Shown here piece by piece: positions 55,505-63,191 of a stretch of 64,000 bases of DNA (the first letter of the stretch is position 1; every line of letters begins with the position of its first letter). The position numbers were made by a program, and so were the translations under genes. Source of the stretch: Bdellovibrionia bacterium (GTDB lineage Bacteria; Bdellovibrionota; UBA1018). Under the pieces are notes generated by a model that was not told the DNA's origin, did no database searches, and saw nothing but the letters and a program-made list of their open reading frames with translations. Where the stretch lies: contig JBJMMA010000060.1 in assembly GCA_045805065.1 (NCBI GenBank), positions 15,462 to 79,461 on the forward strand. The letters are read 5' to 3'.

Positions 55505-56197
55505 CTAATACGGATCGACCACGAACATTCGGCCTGTTTTGGCCTCTACGATTACATTGTCTGGCTTGTGTAAAATCATGAAGCGCTGACCGTTCTCCTG
55601 GTAGGGAGAGTAGCAAGAGTAGAGAGAGTTGCGAGTTCTGTGGAGGGGTCTGATGGAGTGAGGGTCGGCTCTCATGGCGGCGTAGACGCTTTTAACGAAT
55701 TGATTCCATCTTCGAGTAAGTTCGACTCGCTCAGAATGGGAAAGGTTCGGATCTTCAATCGCTTTCTCGAGCGTTTCTCCTTCGATGTTTGGAAGTTTCA
55801 TCGAGCGCTTTCCAAGAAGCTCTGGATGAACGATCTCAATTCCATCTGTGTGAGGCATTAACTTGTGAAGTTTTGAGAATGCCAATGCGTCCCACGTTCG
55901 CTGCCCAGAATCGAAATACTCTTTCAGAACATACGGAGGTTTGCCGTTGGAAGGGTGTACGCGGTAGACAGTGCCGCCATGCTCTCCTTCTCCCAAAAAC
56001 AAATAGCGAGAAGTGGGATCGTAAAGCTCAAGGCCCGAGACCTTGCTACGAGTGGCGACCTTGCCGAGATGAGTTTTAATTTTTAACTGAATGCATTGGA
56101 ACGTTGATCCAAAAACCGAGGCAGGACCTGAGAGCGCAATCAGCACACACAAAAGCTGTAGCAGGGATGAAAAAAGTTTTCGTTCCATATTTCTCAA
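55505..56197 (-). CDS. secreted hypothetical protein with a kinase-catalytic-loop-like motif (LHKPDNVIV...VVDPY)
   Basis: Signal peptide. The motif MILHKPDNVIVEAKTGRMFVVDPY resembles HxDxKPxNhLh...DFG of protein-kinase-like folds. Weak; family not recognised. Confidence 0.5.
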   Translation of the reverse strand: MRNMERKLFSSLLQLLCVLIALSGPASVFGSTFQCIQLKIKTHLGKVATRSKVSGLELYDPTSRYLFLGEGEHGGTVYRVHPSNGKPPYVLKEYFDSGQRTWDALAFSKLHKLMPHTDGIEIVHPELLGKRSMKLPNIEGETLEKAIEDPNLSHSERVELTRRWNQFVKSVYAAMRADPHSIRPLHRTRNSLYSCYSPYQENGQRFMILHKPDNVIVEAKTGRMFVVDPY

Positions 56198-56500
56198 TCA
56201 GGATAACTTACGACTGAGTAAAAAGATCGAGTCAAAGAATTGGCTTTTTGGCACCAGCTGCTGGGTTCATTTGAGCACCAGGAGCAAAACGCATTATCAG
56301 ATCATTGTTTAAGGTCTTTCTGATGATTTGTGCGTGATCTCATCGACATTACTTCTTGCGTCAAGGTGTGTGGCACGTGAGGCACCGGCCTTGCTCAGTG
56401 CCCCAGACACTCGGTGCTGTTTGCCGAAAACCCCTGGGATTAATAATCCGTTCATGGGCGTGAGCCCGTGAGCATTACTTTGACTCGAAGGAGTATGAAA

Positions 56501-57121
56501 ATGAAGAAGCTCAATTTGGCGATGATGGCAGTGTCTGCGATGGCCTCAATGGTTTCTCTCGCGCATGCGGATGATATCAGTCTTGGTATGCCTGGATACG
56601 GCGGAACGGGTTGTCCTGATGGAACTGTTTCAGCCACGCTCAGCCCGGATTCCAAAACATTGAGCCTTATTTTCGACCAGTACGTTGCTGAGGCCGGTGG
56701 CACCACAGGTCGCCGTCTGGATCGCAAGAACTGCCAGATCGCGATCCCTGTGCACGTCCCACAAGGCTACAGCTTCTCCATCATTGATATGGATTATCGC
56801 GGATACAACAGTCTGCCAGCAGGCGCGAGCTCGCAATTTAATGTCGAATATTTCCTGGCTTATCCGGGCTCTCCAGCTCGCGGTTCTCGATACTCGAAGA
56901 GCTTCACTGGTCCGTTGGATCAGGAATACCTCGTTCAAAATCAGCTGGGACTTGAAGCTACGGTCTGGTCTCCTTGTGGAACCGACGTGAACCTGAGAAC
57001 GACCACTTCCATGGTCGCTACATCCAATCGTCGCGGCGATCAGACGATGGCAACCGTGGACAGCATCGATGCCAAGGCAGGGGTGATCTACTCGCTGCAG
57101 TGGCGTAAGTGCAGCCGGTAA
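56501..57121 (+). CDS. secreted protein, tandem paralog 1 of a GTGCPxGTVSATLSPD family
   Basis: AAGGAG lies 8 nt upstream of ATG 56501. Signal peptide MKKLNLAMMAVSAMASMVSLAHA, then GTGCPDGTVSATLSPDSKTLSLIFDQY. Confidence 0.6.
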   Translation: MKKLNLAMMAVSAMASMVSLAHADDISLGMPGYGGTGCPDGTVSATLSPDSKTLSLIFDQYVAEAGGTTGRRLDRKNCQIAIPVHVPQGYSFSIIDMDYRGYNSLPAGASSQFNVEYFLAYPGSPARGSRYSKSFTGPLDQEYLVQNQLGLEATVWSPCGTDVNLRTTTSMVATSNRRGDQTMATVDSIDAKAGVIYSLQWRKCSR

Positions 57122-57209
57122 TTCGCAAACACAATTAACGAACCGATCACGATCCCAAAGCCTGGTGCATAGGGAAGCTTGAGTTTGGCTTGAGTTTGAA
57201 GGAGGAATA

Positions 57210-58031
57210 ATGAAACGAGCTTTAGAGATGGCGAATGCGGCAGTCATGATTCTTCTCACTCAAGTTTCCCTTGCCTGGGCGGATGATCCAGTCGTGCAAC
57301 TCAGTACTCCCACATACGATGGTACGGGATGTCCCTCTGGCACTGTTTCGGCGACGCTCTCGCCAGATGCCACAGCTTTAAGTTTAATTTTTGATAAGTT
57401 TTCAGTGGAGACGGGCAAGGGCGCAAGCAATATGCCCGTGGATCAGAAGAGCTGTACCTTCCAAGTTCCGATGACTGTTCCTGCTGGCTACGCCGTCACG
57501 GTCATGCGTGTGGATTATCGCGGATATCATTCTTTGCCTGCAGGATCAGTTGCAACTTTTCGATCCTCTTTCGGGTTCTTAGACGGTGCGCGTGATCACC
57601 GGCTCGGAAACAACCTTCTTCAACTTTTCCGTGGACCAACGGATGGAGACTTTTTATTTTCTCAAAACGCTACTTTCAGTGAATGGTCCGCGTGTGGTGG
57701 TAGTGTCCAGTTGCGACTCAACACGGCTCTGGGGCTGCAAGGCAGCCCGCGCGGAGAGCTTGCCACGGTGTCTATTGACTCGGCTGATATGACGGGTGAG
57801 CGCCAGTTGCAGTATGTCCTGGCGTGGAGAAAATGCGACGGAACTGTCTTGCGTCCGGGGCAACCAGGACATCCAGTCGGTCCTCTCGGACCAGGACACC
57901 CGATCGGTCCGCATGGTGGTCCACATGGAGATGGAAGGCCAGGATTGGGCGGACATGGCCCTGACCAAATGTCAGGTCGAGGCGCGCCAGACCGAGGCGG
58001 AATGGGCCGCGGCGGGCCGATACGCAGATGA
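57210..58031 (+). CDS. secreted protein, tandem paralog 2 of the GTGCPxGTVSATLSPD family, with a Gly/Pro/His-rich C-terminal tail
   Basis: RBS GGAGGAATA. GTGCPSGTVSATLSPDATALSLIFDKF is present. The C-terminal PGHPVGPLGPGHPIGPHGGPHGDG is low-complexity. Confidence 0.6.
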   Translation: MKRALEMANAAVMILLTQVSLAWADDPVVQLSTPTYDGTGCPSGTVSATLSPDATALSLIFDKFSVETGKGASNMPVDQKSCTFQVPMTVPAGYAVTVMRVDYRGYHSLPAGSVATFRSSFGFLDGARDHRLGNNLLQLFRGPTDGDFLFSQNATFSEWSACGGSVQLRLNTALGLQGSPRGELATVSIDSADMTGERQLQYVLAWRKCDGTVLRPGQPGHPVGPLGPGHPIGPHGGPHGDGRPGLGGHGPDQMSGRGAPDRGGMGRGGPIRR

Positions 58032-58051
58032 TCCAATCGGTTGCTGTAAAA

Positions 58052-58573
58052 TTATTTACAAGGGCTGACGATCAAGCCGCCGATGAAGGATCCCATGACA
58101 GCGCCCGAATCGTTCATTGCTTCGATGATGGCGGTGGTGCCGAATTCGGAGAATGCGCCGATTTGAAAGACCCGGACGGATTGAACTGCTTTGAGATCCA
58201 GACCCGCGCTGAAAACGCCTTTGAGTTCAGGATCGGTAGTGACTGCATAAGCATGAACGAGAAGTTCTTCACCCAAGTTGAGTTTTGCTCGATCTGCTGG
58301 GGTGATTCGATCAATGCGATGGTTGATCAAGTAGAAGGATTCCTGAGCTTCGTCTTCGTACGAGGTCGTTTGCCCATGGATCGTCTGGGTGACTTTTCCA
58401 CGAACTTCGCCTTGTTCTGAATAAACTGTCATTGTGGTGGGAATGACTTCGCCCGATCCGTCGAGCTTCTTGAAATCAGAGGAGCAGGACTTGAGCGGAA
58501 ATGAAGTCGCTCCCATGGCTTGAGCCGAGAGAAGAACTCCGAGTAACGACACGGTAAACGACTTCATATTCAA
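58052..58573 (-). CDS. small secreted protein, KTC...PCK family paralog
   Basis: Signal peptide SLLGVLLSAQAMGA. The C-terminus is GGLIVSPCK. Confidence 0.6.
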   Translation of the reverse strand: MNMKSFTVSLLGVLLSAQAMGATSFPLKSCSSDFKKLDGSGEVIPTTMTVYSEQGEVRGKVTQTIHGQTTSYEDEAQESFYLINHRIDRITPADRAKLNLGEELLVHAYAVTTDPELKGVFSAGLDLKAVQSVRVFQIGAFSEFGTTAIIEAMNDSGAVMGSFIGGLIVSPCK

Positions 58574-58591
58574 CCTGCTTATTGACTGGGA

Positions 58592-59128
58592 TTATTTACA
58601 AGGGGCGAGTGACAACATGACCATGAAGTAAGATCCGAGGCTCTTTCCCTTTTTATTGTAAGCTTCAAAAATCGCCGTTCCATCATCGTCACCGAATTTG
58701 TAGACCGTGACAGAGCGTACATCGTTCACGTCATAGCTGAGCTCGGACTTAACAACGGAGAGTTCCGCATCTTTAAGCTCTGAGGCCATGAAGAGCAGCA
58801 TTTCGCCTTCATTATATTTGCTTTCGATATCCTCTGCTGACTCAGCGTCTGTGTCCGAAGACGAAGACATTTCTTTGAGTAGATTTGGCCTGACCTTAAA
58901 TTTCTGAATTTTCACTTTCTCTTCTTCGGGGGCCACGGGCTTTCCATCATTCATCCCCGATACTTTGGCGATGACTGAGCCATTGTTTTTATAAACTTCG
59001 GCCTGAAGCAAGTACGGGGCTTTGCCGTCCTCGAGTTTGAATTCAGCCGTACACGTCTTAATTGGAGTCGCTGCCATGGCTTGAGCGGAGAGGAGAAGGG
59101 ATAGAATCGAAAAAGATAGAGTCTTCAT
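58592..59128 (-). CDS. small secreted protein, KTC...PCK family paralog (divergent, acidic insert)
   Basis: Signal peptide ILSLLLSAQAMA. The C-terminus is LSLAPCK. Confidence 0.6.
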   Translation of the reverse strand: MKTLSFSILSLLLSAQAMAATPIKTCTAEFKLEDGKAPYLLQAEVYKNNGSVIAKVSGMNDGKPVAPEEEKVKIQKFKVRPNLLKEMSSSSDTDAESAEDIESKYNEGEMLLFMASELKDAELSVVKSELSYDVNDVRSVTVYKFGDDDGTAIFEAYNKKGKSLGSYFMVMLSLAPCK

Positions 59129-59161
59129 AAATGCATTTCCTACTTTTGTACGCGTTAAACC

Positions 59162-59701
59162 TTATTTGCAGGGGACGGCGACATCTCCGCCTACGAAAGT
59201 TCCAAGGAGCTTGCCGGACTCATCATACGCGTCGATGATCGAGACAATTCCCAGCTGAGTCATTGGTCCGATGCGATAGGCCTTCACGGAGCGAATCGCA
59301 TTCAGGTCCACGCCGGCGCCAGGGCTGAGTCCCTTGTCCACTTCGCTCCTCAACATGGCTTTCGCAATGAGCTCTTCTCCCTTGTTCAGGTGGAGCTTGT
59401 CCGCGCCTTCGCGCTCGCTATCGTCTGCGTCGTATCCATTCTCAGTCAGCAATGCCAGGCCGGCTCTAATTTCATACTTGGAGATGCTGACATAATCCTC
59501 ACTGCTCGTTGTTTGCCCGCGAACGGTTTCGGTAATGATCACCGAGCCGTCCTCGTCCTTTAGTATTTCAAACTTTACCGAGGCATACGAACTGGAGCCT
59601 TCGTCCACCGAAGCAGTGCAAGTTTTGAACGGCGCTGGAAAGGCTGCCATTGCCTGAGCGGAGAGGAGAAGAGTCAGTGCGGAAAGAGATAGAGCTTTCA
59701 T
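59162..59701 (-). CDS. small secreted protein, KTC...PCK family paralog
   Basis: Signal peptide LTLLLSAQAMA. The C-terminus is GGDVAVPCK. Confidence 0.6.
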   Translation of the reverse strand: MKALSLSALTLLLSAQAMAAFPAPFKTCTASVDEGSSSYASVKFEILKDEDGSVIITETVRGQTTSSEDYVSISKYEIRAGLALLTENGYDADDSEREGADKLHLNKGEELIAKAMLRSEVDKGLSPGAGVDLNAIRSVKAYRIGPMTQLGIVSIIDAYDESGKLLGTFVGGDVAVPCK

Positions 59702-59939
59702 AATTTCACGGCCTACTTTCTAAGCGGCTTTATATAGGCGCCATGGAATATAGTCAACTAAATTAGTAAGGTATTATGAGAGCACGAAGTGGGTAGGCCG
59801 ACAGTGCCAGGTTTAACTTTTTTTACAGGTACTTAAGTTGAGCTGAACGATGCGGGAGGAGTCCGTGTGACCAACGGCAGGCTCCACTGGCGCCTCTCGG
59901 TTTGGTAGTTCAAACAACAGTAAATATCGAGAATGAGGA

Positions 59940-60059
59940 AAGCAAAGAGAGCTGAGAAAAGAGATAAAAACCGAGTCCTTCCCAGGCAGGATGCCGTATG
60001 GGAAGGTGACAGGATGTCACAACGAGGGCTTTTATCTCTTTTCTCAGCTCTCTTTGCTT
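59940..60059 (+). repeat. copy D of the hairpin element family, with the core inverted relative to copies A-C
   Basis: The arms AAGCAAAGAGAGCTGAGAAAAGAGATAAAAA and TTTTTATCTCTTTTCTCAGCTCTCTTTGCTT form a perfect 31-bp stem. The core CCGAGTCCTTCCCAGGCAGGATGCCGTATGGGAAGGTGACAGGATGTCACAACGAGGG is the reverse complement of the A/B/C core consensus. The downstream box is still in + orientation. Confidence 0.75.
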
Positions 60060-60086
60060 TGTTCGGATTTCAGACTTTGCTGCGGG

Positions 60087-60116
60087 TGCGCTACAAAAAG
60101 GAGGCGACCACCTTTT
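60087..60116 (+). other. conserved box (copy 3 of 3): GCGCTACAAAAAGGAGGCGACCACCTTTT, abutting the stop of the minus-strand gene 60121..60783
   Basis: A 29-nt core is shared with the 27236 and 50455 boxes. The 5' GTGACGCGTAT part is replaced here. Confidence 0.5.
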
Positions 60117-60120
60117 ACTT

Positions 60121-60783
60121 TTAGGGCTTTTTGGTCCAATTACCGTCGGAGTCCTGAACCCAAGTGCCTGATGGCGAAAGCGATTGGAAGGAGCGGGCAA
60201 AGCTCTTTTGAACGGTGGAGACGCCGCTGCTACCTAATCCGTTGAGGGTTGCCACCTCCTTATATAGGTCCATCCGGTCGGAGTTGTCTTCGTCGACCAG
60301 GGTTTTGACCTTCTTCATTAGAAGAGGAGGAAGACCGGTGGCTTTCACGACAAGTCTGCCGTCGTTGGATTCGCCGACGTTGCCGGAACGCTTTTGCGAG
60401 ATCAGATCATCGAGGCGGCTTTTGAGGCGCGCTTTGATTTCATCTGCTTTGGCGCTCTGGACTTTGAAATCATCGGCGTAGGCGCTTTCGATCAGGATCG
60501 AAGAAAAGAATGAAGTGAGTTTGCTGGTAGGAGCGGTACCTTGCTCAGAGCCTGGAGCTTTGCCTTTTTCTTTGGCGCGATAAAGATCGCGAACGTAGTC
60601 ATCGGTCGCCTTTTGAACGGCGTTCTCGGGGAAGTTCACGTTCACCGTCACACACGCGGTTTGCGTGAGGACAGTAGCTGTCGCGATACTCAGTACAACG
60701 ACAGGCGAAAAATTAAAGGCGAGACAAGTCTGAAGGGATGCAATCAGCGGGTAGCTTGTCTTCTTCTGGGTTTTCTTCTTCAT
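60121..60783 (-). CDS. YdbL-like (DUF1318-type) periplasmic protein with an N-terminal lipoprotein-like / YnbE-like region
   Basis: The start is chosen at MKKKTQKK (60783), with a signal / lipoprotein-like N-terminus (LTQTAC). The C-terminal GESNDGRLVVKATGLPPLLMKKVKTLVDEDNSDRMDLYKEVATLNGL resembles the YdbL motif (GE..DG.L......L....V.aEN.DR..LY..iA..NG). It sits downstream of the YdbH-like gene. Confidence 0.5.
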   Translation of the reverse strand: MKKKTQKKTSYPLIASLQTCLAFNFSPVVVLSIATATVLTQTACVTVNVNFPENAVQKATDDYVRDLYRAKEKGKAPGSEQGTAPTSKLTSFFSSILIESAYADDFKVQSAKADEIKARLKSRLDDLISQKRSGNVGESNDGRLVVKATGLPPLLMKKVKTLVDEDNSDRMDLYKEVATLNGLGSSGVSTVQKSFARSFQSLSPSGTWVQDSDGNWTKKP

Positions 60784-63100
60784 GAATGGTTTCTCCCTTT
60801 TTATTCTTCGCAAGATTCTCAATCTGGCCAATCATATAATGCACGTAATTTCCCATGGCGGGTGCATCTAAGATCAGCGGATATCGAGAGCTCTTCAGAG
60901 GTATCTTAAACCTCCTGCCATAGAGGATGAAATGTTTTTGATGAGAATTGTAGGGGTCGGCATCTGTTACCGGGTCCAAAGTCTCCAGATGGATATAGCC
61001 GTCCTCTGAACGGATATGCACGCCCGCGTAGTCGATGTCATAGCCCCCTAAAAGGCGAGACGGCCATCCAAAGGCCAGCCATTGTGCGTAGCCTGGAATG
61101 TTATCGATTCCTTCCTTGGTGAAAAGTCGGGCAAAGTTCTTCATCGCAATAGGGGAGAAAACCACGTCGCTATGGTGAAGCGGGTTCACTTTGATTTCAA
61201 AATCGTACTGAGTCGGGAGCCAGGATTGGAAAACGACGTCGTGAGCGTAGGCTGAGAGTGTTCCATCCATCTCGCCAAAATTCACCCAGTCGCCCAGCTG
61301 ATGAAGATCGATTTCGTTCATCGTGAGATTGAAATCAAACTCAGGCACGGGCGTGAGGAAATTGAACATTCCCATTTCGTCCAGCTGAATAGTTCCTCCA
61401 AAAAGATCGGCGCGCACATAACCTGTCAGATCGGCTACGGCAGGTGCGAGCTCGATCTTTGGAAGACTGAGTTGGATTTTCGCGGGAGGAATTCGAGTCG
61501 CTGGCTTGAAAACACAGAGCGGCCTGAAGATCTCTTCAGCTGAAGTGGGCTCAAGCGATGCGCGGGTTTCAAGATTATATTGAAACGGTGAGAGCTGCGC
61601 AGTGCCGCCGATGGAATCGATTCTTAAAAGCAGGCCATCGAGATCGAGTGGAATCCGGCTTCCTTTTTCGCCGATGCGAAAAGCGGAGTGCTTTGGATTC
61701 TTGGAATTTTCCTGAAAGGAGAGGCGCGTGGGTAAAAGTCTTCCGCGGAGCTTGCGATAGCCCAAGCGGCTGATCGCGAGTTCTCCTTCAAAGCCCTGAT
61801 GAGCAACGTAGGGAATGCTCAAGTTCAGGTTTTTGATCGCAAGCTGGTGCGCAGGCCAGAGAAAGCTGAGGCCCTCCAGCTGAAGATTTGCTTTCTTTAT
61901 CGCTCCATCTGAGCTTGCGCGAGAAAAGTCGGGAAGCGAGAAGGTAGCTTGGTTTTCATGCGCGTGGTTCTGAAGCGGAAGCGATCCTTCTGCCGAGAAA
62001 GAAAGCTTTCCGTTTTGCAGCTTGAAGTCCTGCAGAAAGCTCAAGCTTGTGAACGGCGCGCCCGCGTTGGCAGTGGATTTCAATAGAGATGGAATGGCGG
62101 TTTTGAGCTCAAGAGGATCAAGCTGCACGCTGACCTGGGCCACGTCTTTTTGTGGAATGGCTTTCAGATGGAGTTGATGACCATGTGACTTTCCAATCAA
62201 CACTTGAAGCTTTGACCAATTGGAGTTGGCTAAAGTGATTTCGGCTTGGCCATGCAATGGATTATTGCTGTTATCTGGACCATCTGGGCTTACAGAGAAA
62301 TATCGGTCACCCAAAAGCGCTTCACCGCTCTCGGCTTTCCATTGGATTTGAAGATGCGGGCCAAGAGTAAAGGGCTTGAGCTGAAGCGGGACTTGCAGCG
62401 CAAGGTTGGGCCGCACTACGCGAACGTTGTCTTTATAAGCAAATGAGGATGCTTCAAAACCCAGGGTCAGTGGGGTGGCGCCGGAGTTTTTGCTTTCTTT
62501 CCAGGCAAGCTTCAGTGTGGGCTTTTGAATGGCTATTCCCAAGGCTTTCCAATTCCAGATGGGATCTTTGGGAAGAGAGGTGAGCGTGATGCGGGTTTCC
62601 TGAAGTTCGTTAATCTCACCCGAGAGGTTCACGTGAAGCTCAGCCGCGAGTCCGTCAGGAAGCTGAGTTCGCCCAGCGGAGGTCAGGCTTTCAAAAGTGA
62701 CGAGCGGGGAGTAATCGAGCTCAATTTCTTCAGCGGCATGCTCAATCGGCAGGCCACGAAGCTTTCGATAGAGCTGCTTGAATGTCTCCAGTCGAATGGC
62801 CGGAAATTGAAGGGGGCCGTCGAGATGGATTCTCCAATCGTCTTTTCTTAATGTGATGACCACGTGATCAAGTCTTCCCACGACGAGATCGCTCCAGTTG
62901 CGCTGGTACTCGACTTTCTCGATTTGAAAGGGAAGATGATCGCGAAGCTTTTCCTGATAGACCTGAACGATGGCGTTTTCGGCCCGGCTCAGAAGCCAGC
63001 CCTGAATCACGCCGTGACGCCAAAGTCCGAAAGCCACCAATGCGGCGGTCAGGGTGCAGACACTGGAGATGAGGAAAAATCGCCGCAGGATCACGCTCAT
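60713..63100 (-). CDS. large membrane-anchored YdbH/AsmA-like protein (795 aa)
   Basis: The N-terminal TM helix is MSVILRRFFLISSVCTLTAALVAFGLW. The rest is a long beta-rich sequence. The synteny with a YdbL-like gene mirrors the E. coli ydbH-ynbE-ydbL operon. The family assignment rests on architecture and context only. Confidence 0.5.
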   Translation of the reverse strand: MSVILRRFFLISSVCTLTAALVAFGLWRHGVIQGWLLSRAENAIVQVYQEKLRDHLPFQIEKVEYQRNWSDLVVGRLDHVVITLRKDDWRIHLDGPLQFPAIRLETFKQLYRKLRGLPIEHAAEEIELDYSPLVTFESLTSAGRTQLPDGLAAELHVNLSGEINELQETRITLTSLPKDPIWNWKALGIAIQKPTLKLAWKESKNSGATPLTLGFEASSFAYKDNVRVVRPNLALQVPLQLKPFTLGPHLQIQWKAESGEALLGDRYFSVSPDGPDNSNNPLHGQAEITLANSNWSKLQVLIGKSHGHQLHLKAIPQKDVAQVSVQLDPLELKTAIPSLLKSTANAGAPFTSLSFLQDFKLQNGKLSFSAEGSLPLQNHAHENQATFSLPDFSRASSDGAIKKANLQLEGLSFLWPAHQLAIKNLNLSIPYVAHQGFEGELAISRLGYRKLRGRLLPTRLSFQENSKNPKHSAFRIGEKGSRIPLDLDGLLLRIDSIGGTAQLSPFQYNLETRASLEPTSAEEIFRPLCVFKPATRIPPAKIQLSLPKIELAPAVADLTGYVRADLFGGTIQLDEMGMFNFLTPVPEFDFNLTMNEIDLHQLGDWVNFGEMDGTLSAYAHDVVFQSWLPTQYDFEIKVNPLHHSDVVFSPIAMKNFARLFTKEGIDNIPGYAQWLAFGWPSRLLGGYDIDYAGVHIRSEDGYIHLETLDPVTDADPYNSHQKHFILYGRRFKIPLKSSRYPLILDAPAMGNYVHYMIGQIENLAKNKKGETIHEEENPEEDKLPADCIPSDLSRL

Positions 63101-63191
63101 GTGAGTTTGAGACAGTCTAAACTAAATTGAGTCCGGGAAAAAGGGCAGGGACCAGGCAGGCGACTGAGTTATCGTTCAGTCGCAGGGCCCC

